64,000 nt of DNA from Eledone cirrhosa (GCA_964016885.1 OZ024743.1:318928001-318992000), one strand, 5' to 3'; numbered from the stretch's first letter, positions 15,049 through 29,774 are shown. Program-made: numbers and translations. Notes: generated by a model not told the origin, from the sequence alone.

Positions 15049-16134
15049 CAAATATGGAAATTTGACACCCTGTGCATTATGAATGAGTTTGCAAGATATA
15101 ACATATTAGGTGTAGCGTTATACCTTCTATTAACTGAATGTGAAGTCTTTAAACTAATATATAGCATTTAAAATTTTAAAGCACCGCGTAGTATTTGTAT
15201 AGTGGCGTAGATGATAAATGTCTTATAGAAAGTTTAGAAACTCAGATATCTGAATTGGTCTTTTGAGTATAAATAATTTATTTGTTTGCAGTAGAAAAGA
15301 TATTACAGGAGGGCTGTAGTTTCTTTTGATTTCTCGTCTTTTAATGAGCAACGCGTGTGAGCTTAAATTGGTTGTTAGAATATAAAGTATCGTTTATTCT
15401 CGTCTTCAAGTTGTTTAGTAACATCCATCTGTTTACATGTTCATTGATATCGAAAAAAGAGAATCGTCAGCTGCTATTGGTATCTCTCTTGCTGATACTA
15501 TCTACCGGTTATAATTCTCAGTAGAAAGAGAAATTAAACAATAAAGCAATTTACTCAATAACCACATACCGCCTGCGCCAGGAATCGAACCCACGCCATT
15601 ATGATTAACAGACCAATAGATTAACTACGAGGCCACGTGCCTTCATTGTTTAATGATTTAAATAAAAAAGAAATATATTTGTATTATGTCCACTGTATTT
15701 TGTGTTTTGTATAATGAACTATTATATAGAACTGTAGAGATCATGTTTACATAAATTCAGTTGACGACAGAATTAAAAAAAGGTACTAAAATTAGATGGG
15801 TAAAAATAAAAGGAAATTTCCATAGGGAATAAAGTAAAACAACAACAACAAAATTAAATGGAGTTCTAGAAATTTCTGTCGTCAACTGGGCAGTTCTGTT
15901 AAATTAAACCATGAAAAAAACAAAAAAACAAACAAAACCCCACTCAAATATTGACAAGATTTACAAAAACTTACAGACTTTTAGCATGAGTTATTTCTAA
16001 GAATAAGTAGAATAAACAATAATATATATTTTTTAGTTTCGAGTTTACACAGGGCATGAAAACGGGGAATAAAATGAGTTTGAAGATAAGGTTTGAAGAA
16101 AAAATTGAGGACAAGAAAAAAAAAAAAGAAAATA

Positions 16135-16880
16135 ATAATTATTTCTGATTTAGGCGCAAGGCCAACAATTTTATTGGTGGGAGAGGAAAGTCGATTAAAT
16201 CCACTCCAGTGCGTAACTGGTACTTTATTTCATCAACCCCGTAAGGATGAAAGGAAAAACTAATCACGACGGGATTTTAACTTAGAACGTAAAGAGCCAT
16301 AACTATATGCTACAGAATAATAATTGTTTCTACTTTTGGCACAAGGCCAGCAATTATTCCAGTACATTACTGGTACTTTATTTTATCGACCCCGTAAGGA
16401 TGAAAGGCAACGTGAACCTCGACGCGATTTGAACTCGGACCATAAAGGGGCGTAACTCTATGCTGCAAAGCATGGTGTCCGACCTTCTACCGATACTGCC
16501 AATCCCCCGCCCTGCTACAGGGTAATAATGGTATCTGATTTAGGCACAAGGCCGACAATTTTTTGTTTTTTTTTGGAACCTTTTAGATAGAACCCAGTGT
16601 ATTACTAGTGCTATTTTATCGACTTCGTAAGGATGAAAGGCAGAGCTAACCTCGACAGGATTTGAACTCAGAACGTAAAGAACGGTAACTCTATGCCGCA
16701 AAGTATTAATAACGGTTTCTGATTTAGGCACAATTTTGGGGTAGAGAAAATCGATAAAATTTACCCCAGTGTGTTACTGGTACTTTATTTTATCGACCCC
16801 GTAAGAGTGAGAGGCAAAACTATCCTCAGCTGCATTTGAACTCAGAACGTATGAGGCCGTAACTCTATACCACGAAGTAA
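16135..16880 (-). mobile_element. Four tandem copies of the dominant SINE
   Basis: Repeated GGCACAAGGCC...TTATCGACCCCGTAAGGATGAAAGG...ATTTGAACTC blocks. Confidence 0.85.
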
Positions 16881-17407
16881 TAATGATTATAATGATTTCG
16901 TTATTAGCCACGCAGCGCTCACATTAAGAGAACATTAAAGACGGCATAGGACAACATATGGTGATACAATATGGGATTTTGTCATAAAATATTTAATTAA
17001 AACAATGAAAGCTGTAAAATTCAAACAAAAGCAAAATTGCCAACAAAGGGAAACTTTCGAGCGTCACTCATGGAGGAAGCCCAGAAAAAAGCACGCTCAC
17101 CTTGATCGCTAGGACAAGTACCGCCTCTAAGTTGTCCAATATACAGGCGTATACTCAATGCAGACCCATTCACTCGGGCCATGCTCGTCACTCCCACTCA
17201 CCTTCCAACAACCTCGTTGGAAGGTAGTACTTTCCTCTCCATTCTGATCTTCCGAAGGCCCAAATATTATGGTGTTACTTTTTCTGAGGGAAATATATGC
17301 TGCTCTATTTACAGTTTATAACAAACATTTTAACGAGGAACGTTATGCAAATAAGTGAAAAATCAACAGAGCAAAGGTAAGCGTGATAAATACTTGAGAA
17401 ACCAATA

Positions 17408-17623
17408 TTGATTTCTGCTATAGACACAAAGCCAACAATTTTGGGGGAGGGAAAGTCGATTAAATCGACCCCAACTAGTTACTGGTACTTTATTTTATCG
17501 ACCCCGTAAGGATGAAAGGCAAAGTTAACCTCGGCGGGATTTGAACTCAGACCGTAAAATGACGTAACTCTATGCTACAAAGCATGCTGTCCGTCTCTCC
17601 ACCGATACTGCCAACCCACCACC
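17408..17623 (-). mobile_element. Dominant SINE, full length
   Basis: Same diagnostic blocks. Confidence 0.85.
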
Positions 17624-17645
17624 CTAATAATAATAGAAATAATAT

Positions 17646-17676
<31 letters not shown>

Positions 17677-17708
17677 AAAAAAAAGAATGGGATCGAATGT
17701 CTTGTTGA

Positions 17709-17740
<32 letters not shown>

Positions 17741-18521
17741 TACTACTACTACTACTACTACTACTAATACTACTACTACTACTGCTGCTGCTGTTGCTGC
17801 TGCAAAGAGGGAGCTGATTATTAGGAACACCAAGGATTCTGAAAGGGAGGTTTTTAAGACATCTAAGGCTGAAAAGAACAGCTGGTTGTTTTAACTAAAG
17901 CAAAGTGAAGAAAGAACAAAGCTGTGATAACAAAATAATAATAGCAACAGCATTAACAAGCAGCACTCTGTAACACTGTAAGTCTGAGAGAACACCTTTA
18001 TACATGCAATGACTTTATTAACGAAGGTAGCTCTCTGAGGTTTTTTTTTTTATAGTTTTGTTGTCTAACAATTTTAACAGTTAATTGATGGAATGTTATT
18101 AGGACATTAAGTACATTTAGTTGAATGATATCAATTTATTTAGGAAATTGTTTCTCTTTCTGTTTATGTTGGTTGGTACAAGACCACACATTTCGTTGGG
18201 AGGTGCAAAGTCAGTGTAATTGACCTACATTTCTCTGTTTCATTATCCCGGAGGGATGAAAGGAAACGTTGATTCCCACTAAGACTTGATCTCAGAACAT
18301 AGACGTGTGAAATTTGATATAGTAATGGTTTAGTATATTTCCCTACTATTTCTGCCATATCACCGAATTATGTAAAATTGAAAATAATAGTTATTTTTTC
18401 CCCCCTAAAAGACGAATCAGTGGATGAATATGTCATGGCCTTCAAATTTCAATCTTTCCCAATATTTCTTAAGTTAACGATGGTTTACATTTCTAGCTAT
18501 AGGCTTAAACTCTTCTAAAAA

Positions 18522-18586
18522 GGCTCTTTAACGTAGTGGCTAACTCCTTCGCCTGACATCGTGAGATGCGTGGTTCGAATCCTCGC
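18522..18586 (+). pseudogene. Degenerate tRNA-like sequence
   Basis: A-box TAACGTAGTGG and T-arm GGTTCGAATCC; acceptor stem not intact. Confidence 0.4.
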
Positions 18587-18665
18587 ATTAACCCCTGTCT
18601 ATTATTTTCCGTCTTCAACTATCATTATAGTCATTTCTGTGTTAGGACGACTACATTTCAGATAT

Positions 18666-20340
18666 ACAATCTTTGCCAAAAATGTAAGGCTACCTAACAA
18701 AAAATACTCAATTACTGTAAAGTATTGTGTCGTACTTTGTTTTTCAATAGTTTCAATCTATTACGATCACGCCATTATCGGTAAGTTTGTACCACGATTT
18801 TTTCATGCGTGTCCATTTTAAATCATTGTACTTGTCAAGTGTATATACTTCAGACGACAAAATCATTCCTTTTTGATGTTAAAAGGGTCCAAATAGTAGC
18901 TCTATACGACACAAGTTACTCGCAGCGTGAGATTTCTGTCAAAAACGGTGACAGCAGGACAACAGTCTGTAATGCTATTAAGAAATACCTCATTTGTGTC
19001 TCATATTCTGACAAGAAGAGATGTGGTCGTCTCAAAGGAAACAATCCATAGAGATGATCGTATTATCAAAAACATCACTCTATCACCTCACAATGTCCTA
19101 CAGGTGAATGCAAAAAAAAAAAAAGGCCCAAAAAACTAGAGCTGCACTTCTTGTAAGAGATACAGAAGTGAGACGTAGGACTGTATCACACCAGCCGGTT
19201 CATGAATTTGGATAAAATTCGTGCAAATCTGCCTTAAAGCCAAGATTGATGTTGGATATGAAAAAGAAGTGCGTGACATTCGCTAAAAATATAATAACCG
19301 GATTGAAGAGCAATGTTTTCTGATGAATCAACACGAGACATTATGTCAAGAAGCTTTGCGAAAAAAAAAAAAATGATGATAAGTATATTGTACAGAAAAA
19401 GTGACACCAAGTCAGATAATTTGGGGTGATATTTCGAAGTCTGGAATCGCCGGCTTATATTTCAATTGCCCCTGGACAACTATGAATGGCCAAAAGTACC
19501 TAGAAATTCATATGCACATACCTGGATGAAACATATTCATGAATGATGGAGCTTCAGGCTCTGGAGCAAAAATTATGTAAGAATACCTTTAAAAGGTTAA
19601 CGTCATTATATTAGAAGGGCGGTGGATTGGCAACATCGATAGAGCGTCGGACGCCATGCTTTGCAGCATTGAGTTACGGCCCTTTGCGGTCTGAGGTTCA
19701 AATCCCGCCGAGGTTAATTTGCCTTTCATCCTCACGGTGTCGATAAAATAAAGCATCAGTAATGCACTGGAATAATTGCTGGCCTTGTGCCAAAAGTAGA
19801 AACAATTCTGTTAGAAAGGCGGTAGATTGGCAACATCGGTAGAGCGACGGACAAAATGCTTTGCAGCATATAGTTACGGTCGTTTATGTTCGGAGTTCAA
19901 ATCCGGGTTCGATAAAATAAAGTACCAGTAACGCATTGGAGTCGATTTAATTGACTTTCCTCTTCTCTTCAAATTGGTGGCTTTGTGTTAAAAGTAGAAA
20001 CAAATATATTAGAATGGACTGGAAATATCCTTGGCCTCGATCCCATTGGACATTTATGGGAATGTATGAAGAACAAGGTTGCAGGCAAACAATCATCCAG
20101 TGCTAAAACCTTAGTGGAGGATATTATGGGAGTATGAATAATATAACTTTTGGCTCTTATATCTAGCATGCCTCGTCGTATCAAGCGGACATCAAAGCAA
20201 AAAGTGGACAAAAATAATATTTGTTCATAATGAAATAAAGGATTTCTGAAAACATGTGTTCAGTACAATTGGTGCTTTAAAGTGAGTATTAAAACCATTT
20301 TGATTTTATAAGATTTTACCTTGCCTTTTGTTAGAACTTG
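18666..20340 (+). mobile_element. Decayed Tc1-like DNA transposon interrupted by a SINE dimer
   Basis: Remnants FSDES, MNDGA, WTGN..LDPIGHLWE; weak TIRs CAATCTTTGCCAAAAATGTAAGG / CCTTGCCTTTTGTTAGAACTTG; many frameshifts. Confidence 0.7.
19617..20004 (+). mobile_element. Head-to-tail SINE dimer with 10-bp TSD
   Basis: TATATTAGAA at 19607-19616 and 20005-20014. Confidence 0.85.
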
Positions 20341-20408
20341 TTGGGGGTAGACATTTGGCTACACTGTGTATGTATGTATGTGTGTGTGTATGTATGTATG
20401 TGTGTGTA

Positions 20409-20474
<66 letters not shown>

Positions 20475-20500
20475 TGTGTATCTATCTATCTATCATTTTA

Positions 20501-20542
<42 letters not shown>

Positions 20543-20578
20543 ATATATATATGTAGACATACATACATACATGCATAG

Positions 20579-20657
<79 letters not shown>

Positions 20658-21144
20658 GCTATGAATACCCCATCTGTTTTGCAGACTGTTAAGAAATTTA
20701 GGATTCAAAGCGTAGTATTATTTAAAATACAGTCAAAAGGTCAGAGGTTGTGGGAGATTTGATCGAACATTGACCAGTTACATAAAAGCTAGTTTGTTTC
20801 TCTGGCTTAAGATTGTTGATGTTGTTGTTTAGACCTAGCTGAACTCTGAATGAGCAGATGTAGTTTCAAAGGTATTCCAGCTGTGACTATCCCTAATTTA
20901 TATCAAGGAGTGTATCTATGACTATATTATCCAATTAAGCTGAGCTGTGATTGAGCAGACATAGGATTAAAGGTAATCCAGCTGTGATCATGCTATCTTT
21001 ATTTCAAGGAGTGTATCTACGATTACATTATTCAATATGTCTTTCCTTTTTTCTTAAAATGTATAGTGTGGAATTTATGGGTAATTTGGCTACTGTTCCT
21101 TGCAGATCAAGAAAGAGGCATGTCCGTTGATTCATATAAAAGTT

Positions 21145-21260
21145 GCTTAGAACAACTGTTCCTTAACTGGCTACCGATATAATTACTAACTAGACTCAAC
21201 ATTGCCTAACTTTGGTGATCGGACAAGAATTGATGTATTCAGTATAATACAACTGTAGCT
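21145..21260 (-). pseudogene. 5S rRNA pseudogene
   Basis: Reverse complement TTCTTGTCCGATCACCAAAGTTAGGCAATGTTGAGTCTAGTTAGTA aligns by eye to metazoan 5S (TTCTCGTCCGATCACCGAAGTTAAGCAACGTCGGGCC.GGTTAGTA); ~116 nt followed by a T run. Confidence 0.75.
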
Positions 21261-21594
21261 AAGATAAGTAATATATAACATTTCGTCTCATACAACATAG
21301 AATTGGCAGTCAGTAGCATGTCGGCTTAAATATCTTAATATTTGAACTGGCTTTCTGCGTACTGAGTTCAAATCTCATTACGGTCAATTTTGCTTTTTAT
21401 CCTTTCCTTAACCATTTCTAGGGCGAGGAATTGATAGAATTCTTAAAGAGTCGACCAGGATCTTTTTTGCATCTAATCTGGCTCTGTACATTCTGAGTTG
21501 AAATCCCGCTTTCACCTGTCAGGAATGGCAATCAGCAGGTCGCATTAACAATTGAAATAGCTTCCTCGGTCCGATCCGACGATCGGCTCCTTTC

Positions 21595-21653
<59 letters not shown>

Positions 21654-21795
21654 TCTATTTTCAAATTATCTCAATTTGTTGCTCGGTCTTATTTTATATC
21701 TCTAGGAGATATAAAAAAATATAAGCAGGAAAATTCAAACACCGGACTCAATGTCTCTAAATATATATTTTGTAAATGTTGTTGATTGTTAACTA

Positions 21796-21964
21796 CCGTA
21801 TTTCCCGGCGTTGAAGACGCTAATTTTTTTCATAAAATAAGTCTAGAAATTCTACCATGTGTCCTGGAGGCCGATATATGTTTATTATTTTTTTTCAAAT
21901 TTTTGGTTGTCAAAATTAGGGCGCGTCCTCGAGGACGAAGCGTCTTCGGCGCCGGGAAATGCGG
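21796..21964. mobile_element. Tc2/pogo-like MITE
   Basis: TIRs CCGTATTTCCCGGCGTTGAAGACGC / GCGTCTTCGGCGCCGGGAAATGCGG with TA target duplication. Confidence 0.85.
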
Positions 21965-23119
21965 TAACTAATATTGTAAAAGGAAGAAATATGGCTGAAT
22001 TATTACAAAGTCCCCTATGTTATCAGGCGTTTCTGGGTTTGATCCCATGGTGTGGAACTTGACGATCAGCTCCTTTCCTTTATCTTTTATTATCCCCAAA
22101 ATATACAGAACACAACGATCAAGACCAACATTAAATTTTCATTACTTTTAAACTTTGAGTGTCACCAACTTGTATTCAATTAACAGGTCAAAACATCACG
22201 CCTCTTCACAATTATTCTGCTTAAGCCCCACCCATTGCTTATGGGACATGAATTTAAATATATCCGTGTCAAAAAGGTATTATACAACAAATGCGTTACT
22301 ACGTTACACTGAACACAAATTTTCAAGATTTTGATGACATAGAAAAAAAAATAAAAGAAAAGAAAATATAAATAAAAGTAAAAATATAATCGACGAAAAT
22401 TCCGGAAAAAATCTGTTAAAAGTAGAATCAAACTGGAATGTCAATTGAGTGCAGGAAAATAGTACGACAGTTAAATTTAGAGAAAAGGAAATATAATAAT
22501 TTATAATCGTTGTTAGTAAAGGAGTGTTTCTTCAAAGGGAAAATAAGGATTGGGTGTCTTTAAAAAAATACTTGTCACTGAAGGAAAATATAATGAGGAA
22601 CTCAGAACCTGATCGTTACTGGAACTTACAGTATATAAACATGATAAAGTACTTGAATCTGTCAGGCAAATTGTTAAACCAAGTGTTCTGTGGTTAAAGA
22701 GAATCCCAAAGAAGACTACTCTCTTAAGGTGCAAGCTTAGATAATTTCTGTTTCTGTACTAAAGCAGAAAAGTTCACTTCCAAAGAAATGCGCCTCTCTT
22801 CGTTCATTATTAGGCTTAGTAACTATTTAAAATATTGTGTTTTCTGTAAAAACAATATCGATATGTTTTATGTTATTAAATTTTTGTTTAGAAATCTTCG
22901 GACAAGACCTGTCCTAAAAGACATTCGACCCGACTTAAAGTACCTATTCAGCAATTCTCATACTTTTAATCATTACATTCTTCTTCGCTGATATAAAAGC
23001 TAGAGGGTTGCGTTAGATTGATGCGGTTTGGTTAATATAGAGTTTAAAATGTCACATTAGACATTAATGCATGAGGTGAACGAGAATACAGTTGTACGAT
23101 ATTTTTCAGAATTATGTAC

Positions 23120-23265
23120 TGGACCTCCGTCGATTCCGACGGCGACTGTTCCAGTTGTTCTCACATGGAACAGCCTGCCCTGAAATGAATATGCAAATGA
23201 CTGAATATTTCACAGGCACGTGCATGTTTAACGTAGTTCTCAAAAGATTCAGCGTCTCGTTCGAT
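23120..23265 (+). mobile_element. Fragment of a third SINE-like family
   Basis: CCAGTTGTT..ATGGAACAGCCTG..CTGAAAT; related sequence at ~57125-57240 and ~56090-56300. Confidence 0.45.
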
Positions 23266-23490
23266 TCTTTAATAATTCAGGCAATCTGCCAATTCGGCGC
23301 CATGAATTGATATAGAACTATTTAAACTAAACATAAACCAACTGATCAACCTCAACAGATTGGGAGGTCCTGCGTAGATCTCGGGCGCCATTGTTTCTAC
23401 TTTGACTGAATCATAATAAAGAAATATATCATTTACTCCCGTGATATTTAGCTCCATTAAGGTAGTTACCTGGGCATAACTGGAGATTCT

Positions 23491-23565
<75 letters not shown>

Positions 23566-23704
23566 CGAAGGTATAATATAGAAATAGCTTCTACAATACC
23601 ATATTTACTGTGGTTATCCCGGATATAATCGGTATCAACACAGACACACACACACACATATAAATATATATATATTTATTTGCGTTCCAGCCGAGGTGAT
23701 GAGG

Positions 23705-23741
<37 letters not shown>

Positions 23742-23775
23742 GGAGGTGAGTTTTATTGTAGTACAATAAAGCAAT

Positions 23776-25125
23776 GCAGAACTCATATGGTCCTTTAAAG
23801 ACAAAAACATTAAATATACCATCTTTTGGAAGAAGATTTCTTCTGCATCCTCATACTTGAACAGCTCTCTATCTAAAATCTGTAATCTCTGCCTAAATGA
23901 AAAATTTACCATTATCTCTAACCTAGATTCTATAATAAATAGACGCTCAGATTTGTTTTCTATCTGCCTGCATAAATTCCATAGAACTTTTCACAAAGTA
24001 TACAGTTAATATTCAATTCTTTATCAATTTAGAATATTTTCTCAAAGGCACATATACATACACCTCTTTAAAATATACCCATCTACCTTACTTTAAAGGG
24101 CATTATACACTCTATAATACTCGTTTACTCATTACCCTCATTCTATCTTCTCGTAAAATCATAACATTTGTTTTTGTTTTTGACTTTTGAATATTCATCC
24201 GCAATCATTATTATTTTTTCTCTCTATCATAAATCTTTTTAATCTCAATTTCATCCTTAATTTATTATTATTTTTTTCTCCCCATCAACGAACTCATTAT
24301 TAATACATATTAACTATTTATTCGCACATATCAATTCAATCAATATACAAACTTTAACTTCACATTATTTTTCTCAAATCCTTCTACACACAAACCTTAA
24401 CAATTTTTCTCTTCGCTAATTTTGAAATTGCCACAATACATACATTTCTTCTTTTGACATTAGAATATTCACCCACAATTATTATTATTTTTTTTTCTCT
24501 CTATCTTCATACATAATTTCCCTTCGTTAATTTTCAAATTCCTTTAATTTATACATTATCTTCCAACAGTTCCCAACCTCTCTATATTAAAACAATATAT
24601 CTTTTTCTCAGTTATAAAAACTATCTCTTTCTCTCTATCACCCATCTCTCCCTCTCCACCTTCACTCTCATCTCCTCCCCCTTTTTTTCATCCTTTCCCC
24701 CCCCTCTCTAAATAAAATATTTTTTCCTCGCACATATCCTCCCTTCGTTAATTTTCAAAATTTTTAATTTATGCAGTATCTTCCAACGGTTTTCAACCTC
24801 TCTATGTAAAAAAAATATATCTCCTCTCAGTTATAAAAACTATCTCTTTCTCTCTATCACCCATCTCTCCCTCTCATCTCCTTCCCTTTTCATCCTTTCC
24901 TCCCCCCCCTCTCTAAATAAAATATTTTTCCCAATATCACACATCAATCTAAAACCACTTTTCATATGTTGATTTAAAACTGCACTATCCACAAGTGTTT
25001 TTTAGCCTTCATATCATGTTCTCCTGTTTTATCTGATGAAAACACAAATATTATTGCTTGATGATGTTTGTTTTTGAAATGCGCATAATAAAATATATGG
25101 AACTCCTTTAACCATCTTTTGATCT

Positions 25126-25130
<5 letters not shown>
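23776..25130 (+). mobile_element. 5'-truncated Penelope-like element (GIY-YIG C-terminus + 3' UTR + HHR)
   Basis: 23776-24009 translates AELIWSFKDK..YTIFWKKI..ASSY..KICNLCLNEKFTII...NRRSDLFSICLHK, homologous to the C-terminus of the 6707-8347 ORF; not in the ORF track. Confidence 0.85.
25027..25093 (+). ncRNA. Type I hammerhead ribozyme in PLE 3' end
   Basis: TTTTAT-CTGATGA-long helix II-GAAA-TGCGCA(palindrome)-TA-ATAAAA. Confidence 0.82.
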
Positions 25131-26535
<1,405 letters not shown>

Positions 26536-26579
26536 CAATATTAAATAAATGGAAAACTATATTTATAAAACCATATTTA

Positions 26580-26641
26580 TTTCATTATATATATTTCGGG
26601 GATATCATATTAACAATATGCTATGCCTTCATCAGACAAAA
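26580..26641 (-). ncRNA. Type I hammerhead ribozyme
   Basis: Reverse complement TTTTGT-CTGATGA-...CATATT gtt AATATG...-GAAA-TATATA-TA-ATGAAA; same family as 51752/52934. Confidence 0.68.
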
Positions 26642-26723
26642 TACAATATAAACAGTTTTATAGATAAATATATTCGACATACCGTAATAAACATCAACTT
26701 CATTTGAAGAGGTTATATATATA

Positions 26724-28012
26724 CAGGGTGGGGCATAATTCCTGTTACAAAGTTTTAAATCAATTTAAAAATACATTACGTTGCTATTATAACTAATATA
26801 TGTGTATCAAATCCATGCACTATAACCATATTAACTATTATTCAGAACATTACTCCATTAACAATTTGCAATGTCCATAGAATTGAAAAGAATGTTCACA
26901 ATAGAGAAGCATGAAAAAGGCCTGACTCCACCCGAGATATTTGTAGTGGGGAAACCTCTTAAGATCAATAGAATGTTGATCAAAAGGACAATCTATCGAT
27001 TTAAGGAAACTTCCTCGACGAAAGACAGACCTCGATCCGGACGCCCTCGCACCTCAAGAACACCAAAACTCTTTAAAAGTGTGAGGGAAAAAATAAGGCG
27101 TAATCCAAGAAGGTCCATGAGAAAAATGGCAGAAGAGGCAGAAACATCGCCGAGATCTATGCGGAAGATATGACGAGATGATCTGGGGATGTCACCCTAT
27201 AAGTTCCAAAAGATGCAACTTCTTTCTGCAGCGACAATTGAAAAGAGGCTCTCTAGAAGTAAACTGTTATTGAACCGTATCAAGGATGGCACGCTGCAAA
27301 ACATCATCTTTACAGATGAGAAGTTATTCACTGTGCAGCAGTCTCACAATCATCAAAATGATGGAGTACTTGCAAAAAGTCTCAAATCAATTCCTTCAAG
27401 TGTAGGAAAAGTGTTCAGAACACAGAAACCACCATCAGTGATGGTTTGGGCAGCCATTTCTGAAAGAGGGAAGTCTCCTCTGATTTTTGTGCCTCAAGGA
27501 GTTAAAATTAACATAGAACTCTACATAAAGGATATTTTGGAAGGAGCACTGATGCCATGGTGCACATCTGTTTATGGCGATGACATTTGCGCTCTCCAAC
27601 AAGATGGAGCGACGAGCCACACTGCTCGCGTAACACAACAGTGGTGTAGAGACCATTGTCCTGCATGGATCAGTAAGGAAGAGTGGCCTGCCACATCACC
27701 AGATCTCAAACCTCTCGATTTTTCTTTATGGTCAATTCTTGAGAGTGAAGCCTGCTCTACTCCTAGCCAAAATATTGAAACTCTAAAAACAAAACTGAAT
27801 AAAGTATGGAAGAAAATAACCATGGAAACTGTTCGTACAGCCATCGTCGAAGACTTTCTTAGAAGACTTCGAGCGGTAGTGAGAGCTAGAGGAAAGCATT
27901 TCGAATAATATTTTGTGCAGTTGTTTAATAGTATATTACTTACTATTTGTTGAAGTCATATCTTGAAATAAATGTTTTTTTCAAGAACTATTTGCATTTT
28001 ATTTTGTAACAG
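26724..28012 (+). mobile_element. maT (DD37D) Tc1/mariner transposon, right TIR truncated
   Basis: TA-CAGGGTGGGGCATAATTCCTGTTACAAA left end; only the inner TTTGTAACAG remains at right. Confidence 0.88.
26871..27908 (+). pseudogene. DD37D transposase with one in-frame TGA (27171-27173)
   Basis: HTH region with RSGRPR; IFTDEK, QQDGA, SPDLKPLD with 37 residues between D2 and D3; the two ORFs are in the same frame. Confidence 0.9.
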
Positions 28013-28016
28013 TTTT

Positions 28017-28063
<47 letters not shown>

Positions 28064-28066
<3 letters not shown>

Positions 28067-28099
28067 TATATAATATATATATAATATATATATATATAT

Positions 28100-28144
<45 letters not shown>

Positions 28145-28286
28145 ATATATATAATATAGGAAAAAAGTATGACCCCGACGGCAGAGCTCAAGCCGTTTCG
28201 ACGGCTATTTCTGGACTCAGAAATAGCCGTCGAAATGGCTTGAGCTCTGCCGTCGGGGTCATACTTTTTTCCTATATTATATATAT

Positions 28287-28331
<45 letters not shown>

Positions 28332-28447
28332 ATATATATATATATATTATATATATATTATATATATTTCCCACTCTACTACCCTAAGTATTGAGTACTC
28401 TGGTGCGTTATGGTCCATCTGGTTCCTTACCACAATTCCTTTGTTAT
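28064..28447 (+). mobile_element. Fold-back half-hammerhead element (copy 1)
   Basis: Palindrome centred at 28215/28216; GAAA-(T/C)GGC..GCCG-TC-GGGGTC; family tail CCCACTCTACTACCCTAAGTATTGAGTAC...GTTATA. Confidence 0.8.
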
Positions 28448-28799
28448 ATATATAATATATATATATATATCATATATATATATATATATAATATATATAT
28501 AATATATATCTATATATATATCTATATCTATCTATATATATATATATATATATATAAATGTAAGTATGCATGCATACGTACATACATATATGTATACAGA
28601 CGTACAGTAGCATGCACATATATATATATATATACATATATATATACATATGCATACAGGTACACATACATATATGCACGTATCAGTTTAGCGGCGCTAA
28701 CGTCGCTTTGTTCGTTTGTAAACAAACTGAACAGCCTGAATTTATGCCATACGGTGTTAAGGCAACCACGTCACCTTTTTGTTCAACACTGACACAGGA

Positions 28800-28842
28800 A
28801 CGATGTACTAGTTTCAAGCTTGTTAGCTATCATCAGCACCGT
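28800..28842 (-). ncRNA. Minimal type I hammerhead, array unit
   Basis: Reverse complement ACGGTG-CTGATGA-t AGCT aaca AGCT t-GAAA-CTAG-TA-CATCGT. Confidence 0.85.
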
Positions 28843-29265
28843 TTACCCATCTGCCAGATAGTTGAACGTTCGAAAGTATATACTTTCCTTATGAAAATTA
28901 ACGGCTGAGCAGCCTAATTTGCATATTGAGTGAGTTAAATCGGTCAGGCATACCGAAAACGATAAATTGAAACAAAATGAAAACGAAATTTCATTTCTCA
29001 CTCTTAGTATGGCACTTACTTAAATGTAAGTATGCATGCATACGTACATACATATATGTATACAGACGTACAGTAGCATGCACATATATATATATATATA
29101 CATATATATATACATATGCATACAGGTACACATACATATATGCACGTATCAGTTTAGCGGCGCTAACGTCGCTTTGTTCGTTTGTAAACAAACTGAACAG
29201 CCTGAATTTATGCCATACGGTGTTAAGGCAACCACGTCACCTTTTTGTTCAACACTGACACAGGA

Positions 29266-29308
29266 ACGATGTACTAGTTTCAAGCTTGTTAGCTATCATC
29301 AGCACCGT
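29266..29308 (-). ncRNA. Minimal type I hammerhead, array unit
   Basis: Same motif, +466. Confidence 0.85.
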
Positions 29309-29731
29309 TTACCCATCTGCCAGATAGTTGAACGTTCGAAAGTATATACTTTCCTTATGAAAATTAACGGCTGAGCAGCCTAATTTGCATATTGAGTGAG
29401 TTAAATCGGTCAGGCATACCGAAAACGATAAATTGAAACAAAATGAAAACGAAATTTCATTTCTCACTCTTAGTATGGCACTTACTTAAATGTAAGTATG
29501 CATGCATACGTACATACATATATGTATACAGACGTACAGTAGCATGCACATATATATATATATATACATATATATATACATATGCATACAGGTACACATA
29601 CATATATGCACGTATCAGTTTAGCGGCGCTAACGTCGCTTTGTTCGTTTGTAAACAAACTGAACAGCCTGAATTTATGCCATACGGTGTTAAGGCAACCA
29701 CGTCACCTTTTTGTTCAACACTGACACAGGA

Positions 29732-29774
29732 ACGATGTACTAGTTTCAAGCTTGTTAGCTATCATCAGCACCGT
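29732..29774 (-). ncRNA. Minimal type I hammerhead, array unit
   Basis: Same motif, +932. Confidence 0.85.

Noticed and set aside
19320-19345. CTGATGA motif
   Set aside because: Part of the Tc1 FSDES codons, with no GAAA or helices; similar chance hits lie in LINE coding sequence at ~34650 and ~36992.
22510-22745. Coding-looking unique sequence
   Set aside because: Stops in all plus frames, no recognisable domain or clear splice sites.
27171-27173. In-frame TGA in the transposase as selenocysteine or readthrough
   Set aside because: No SECIS seen; a simple nonsense mutation in a defective copy is more parsimonious.
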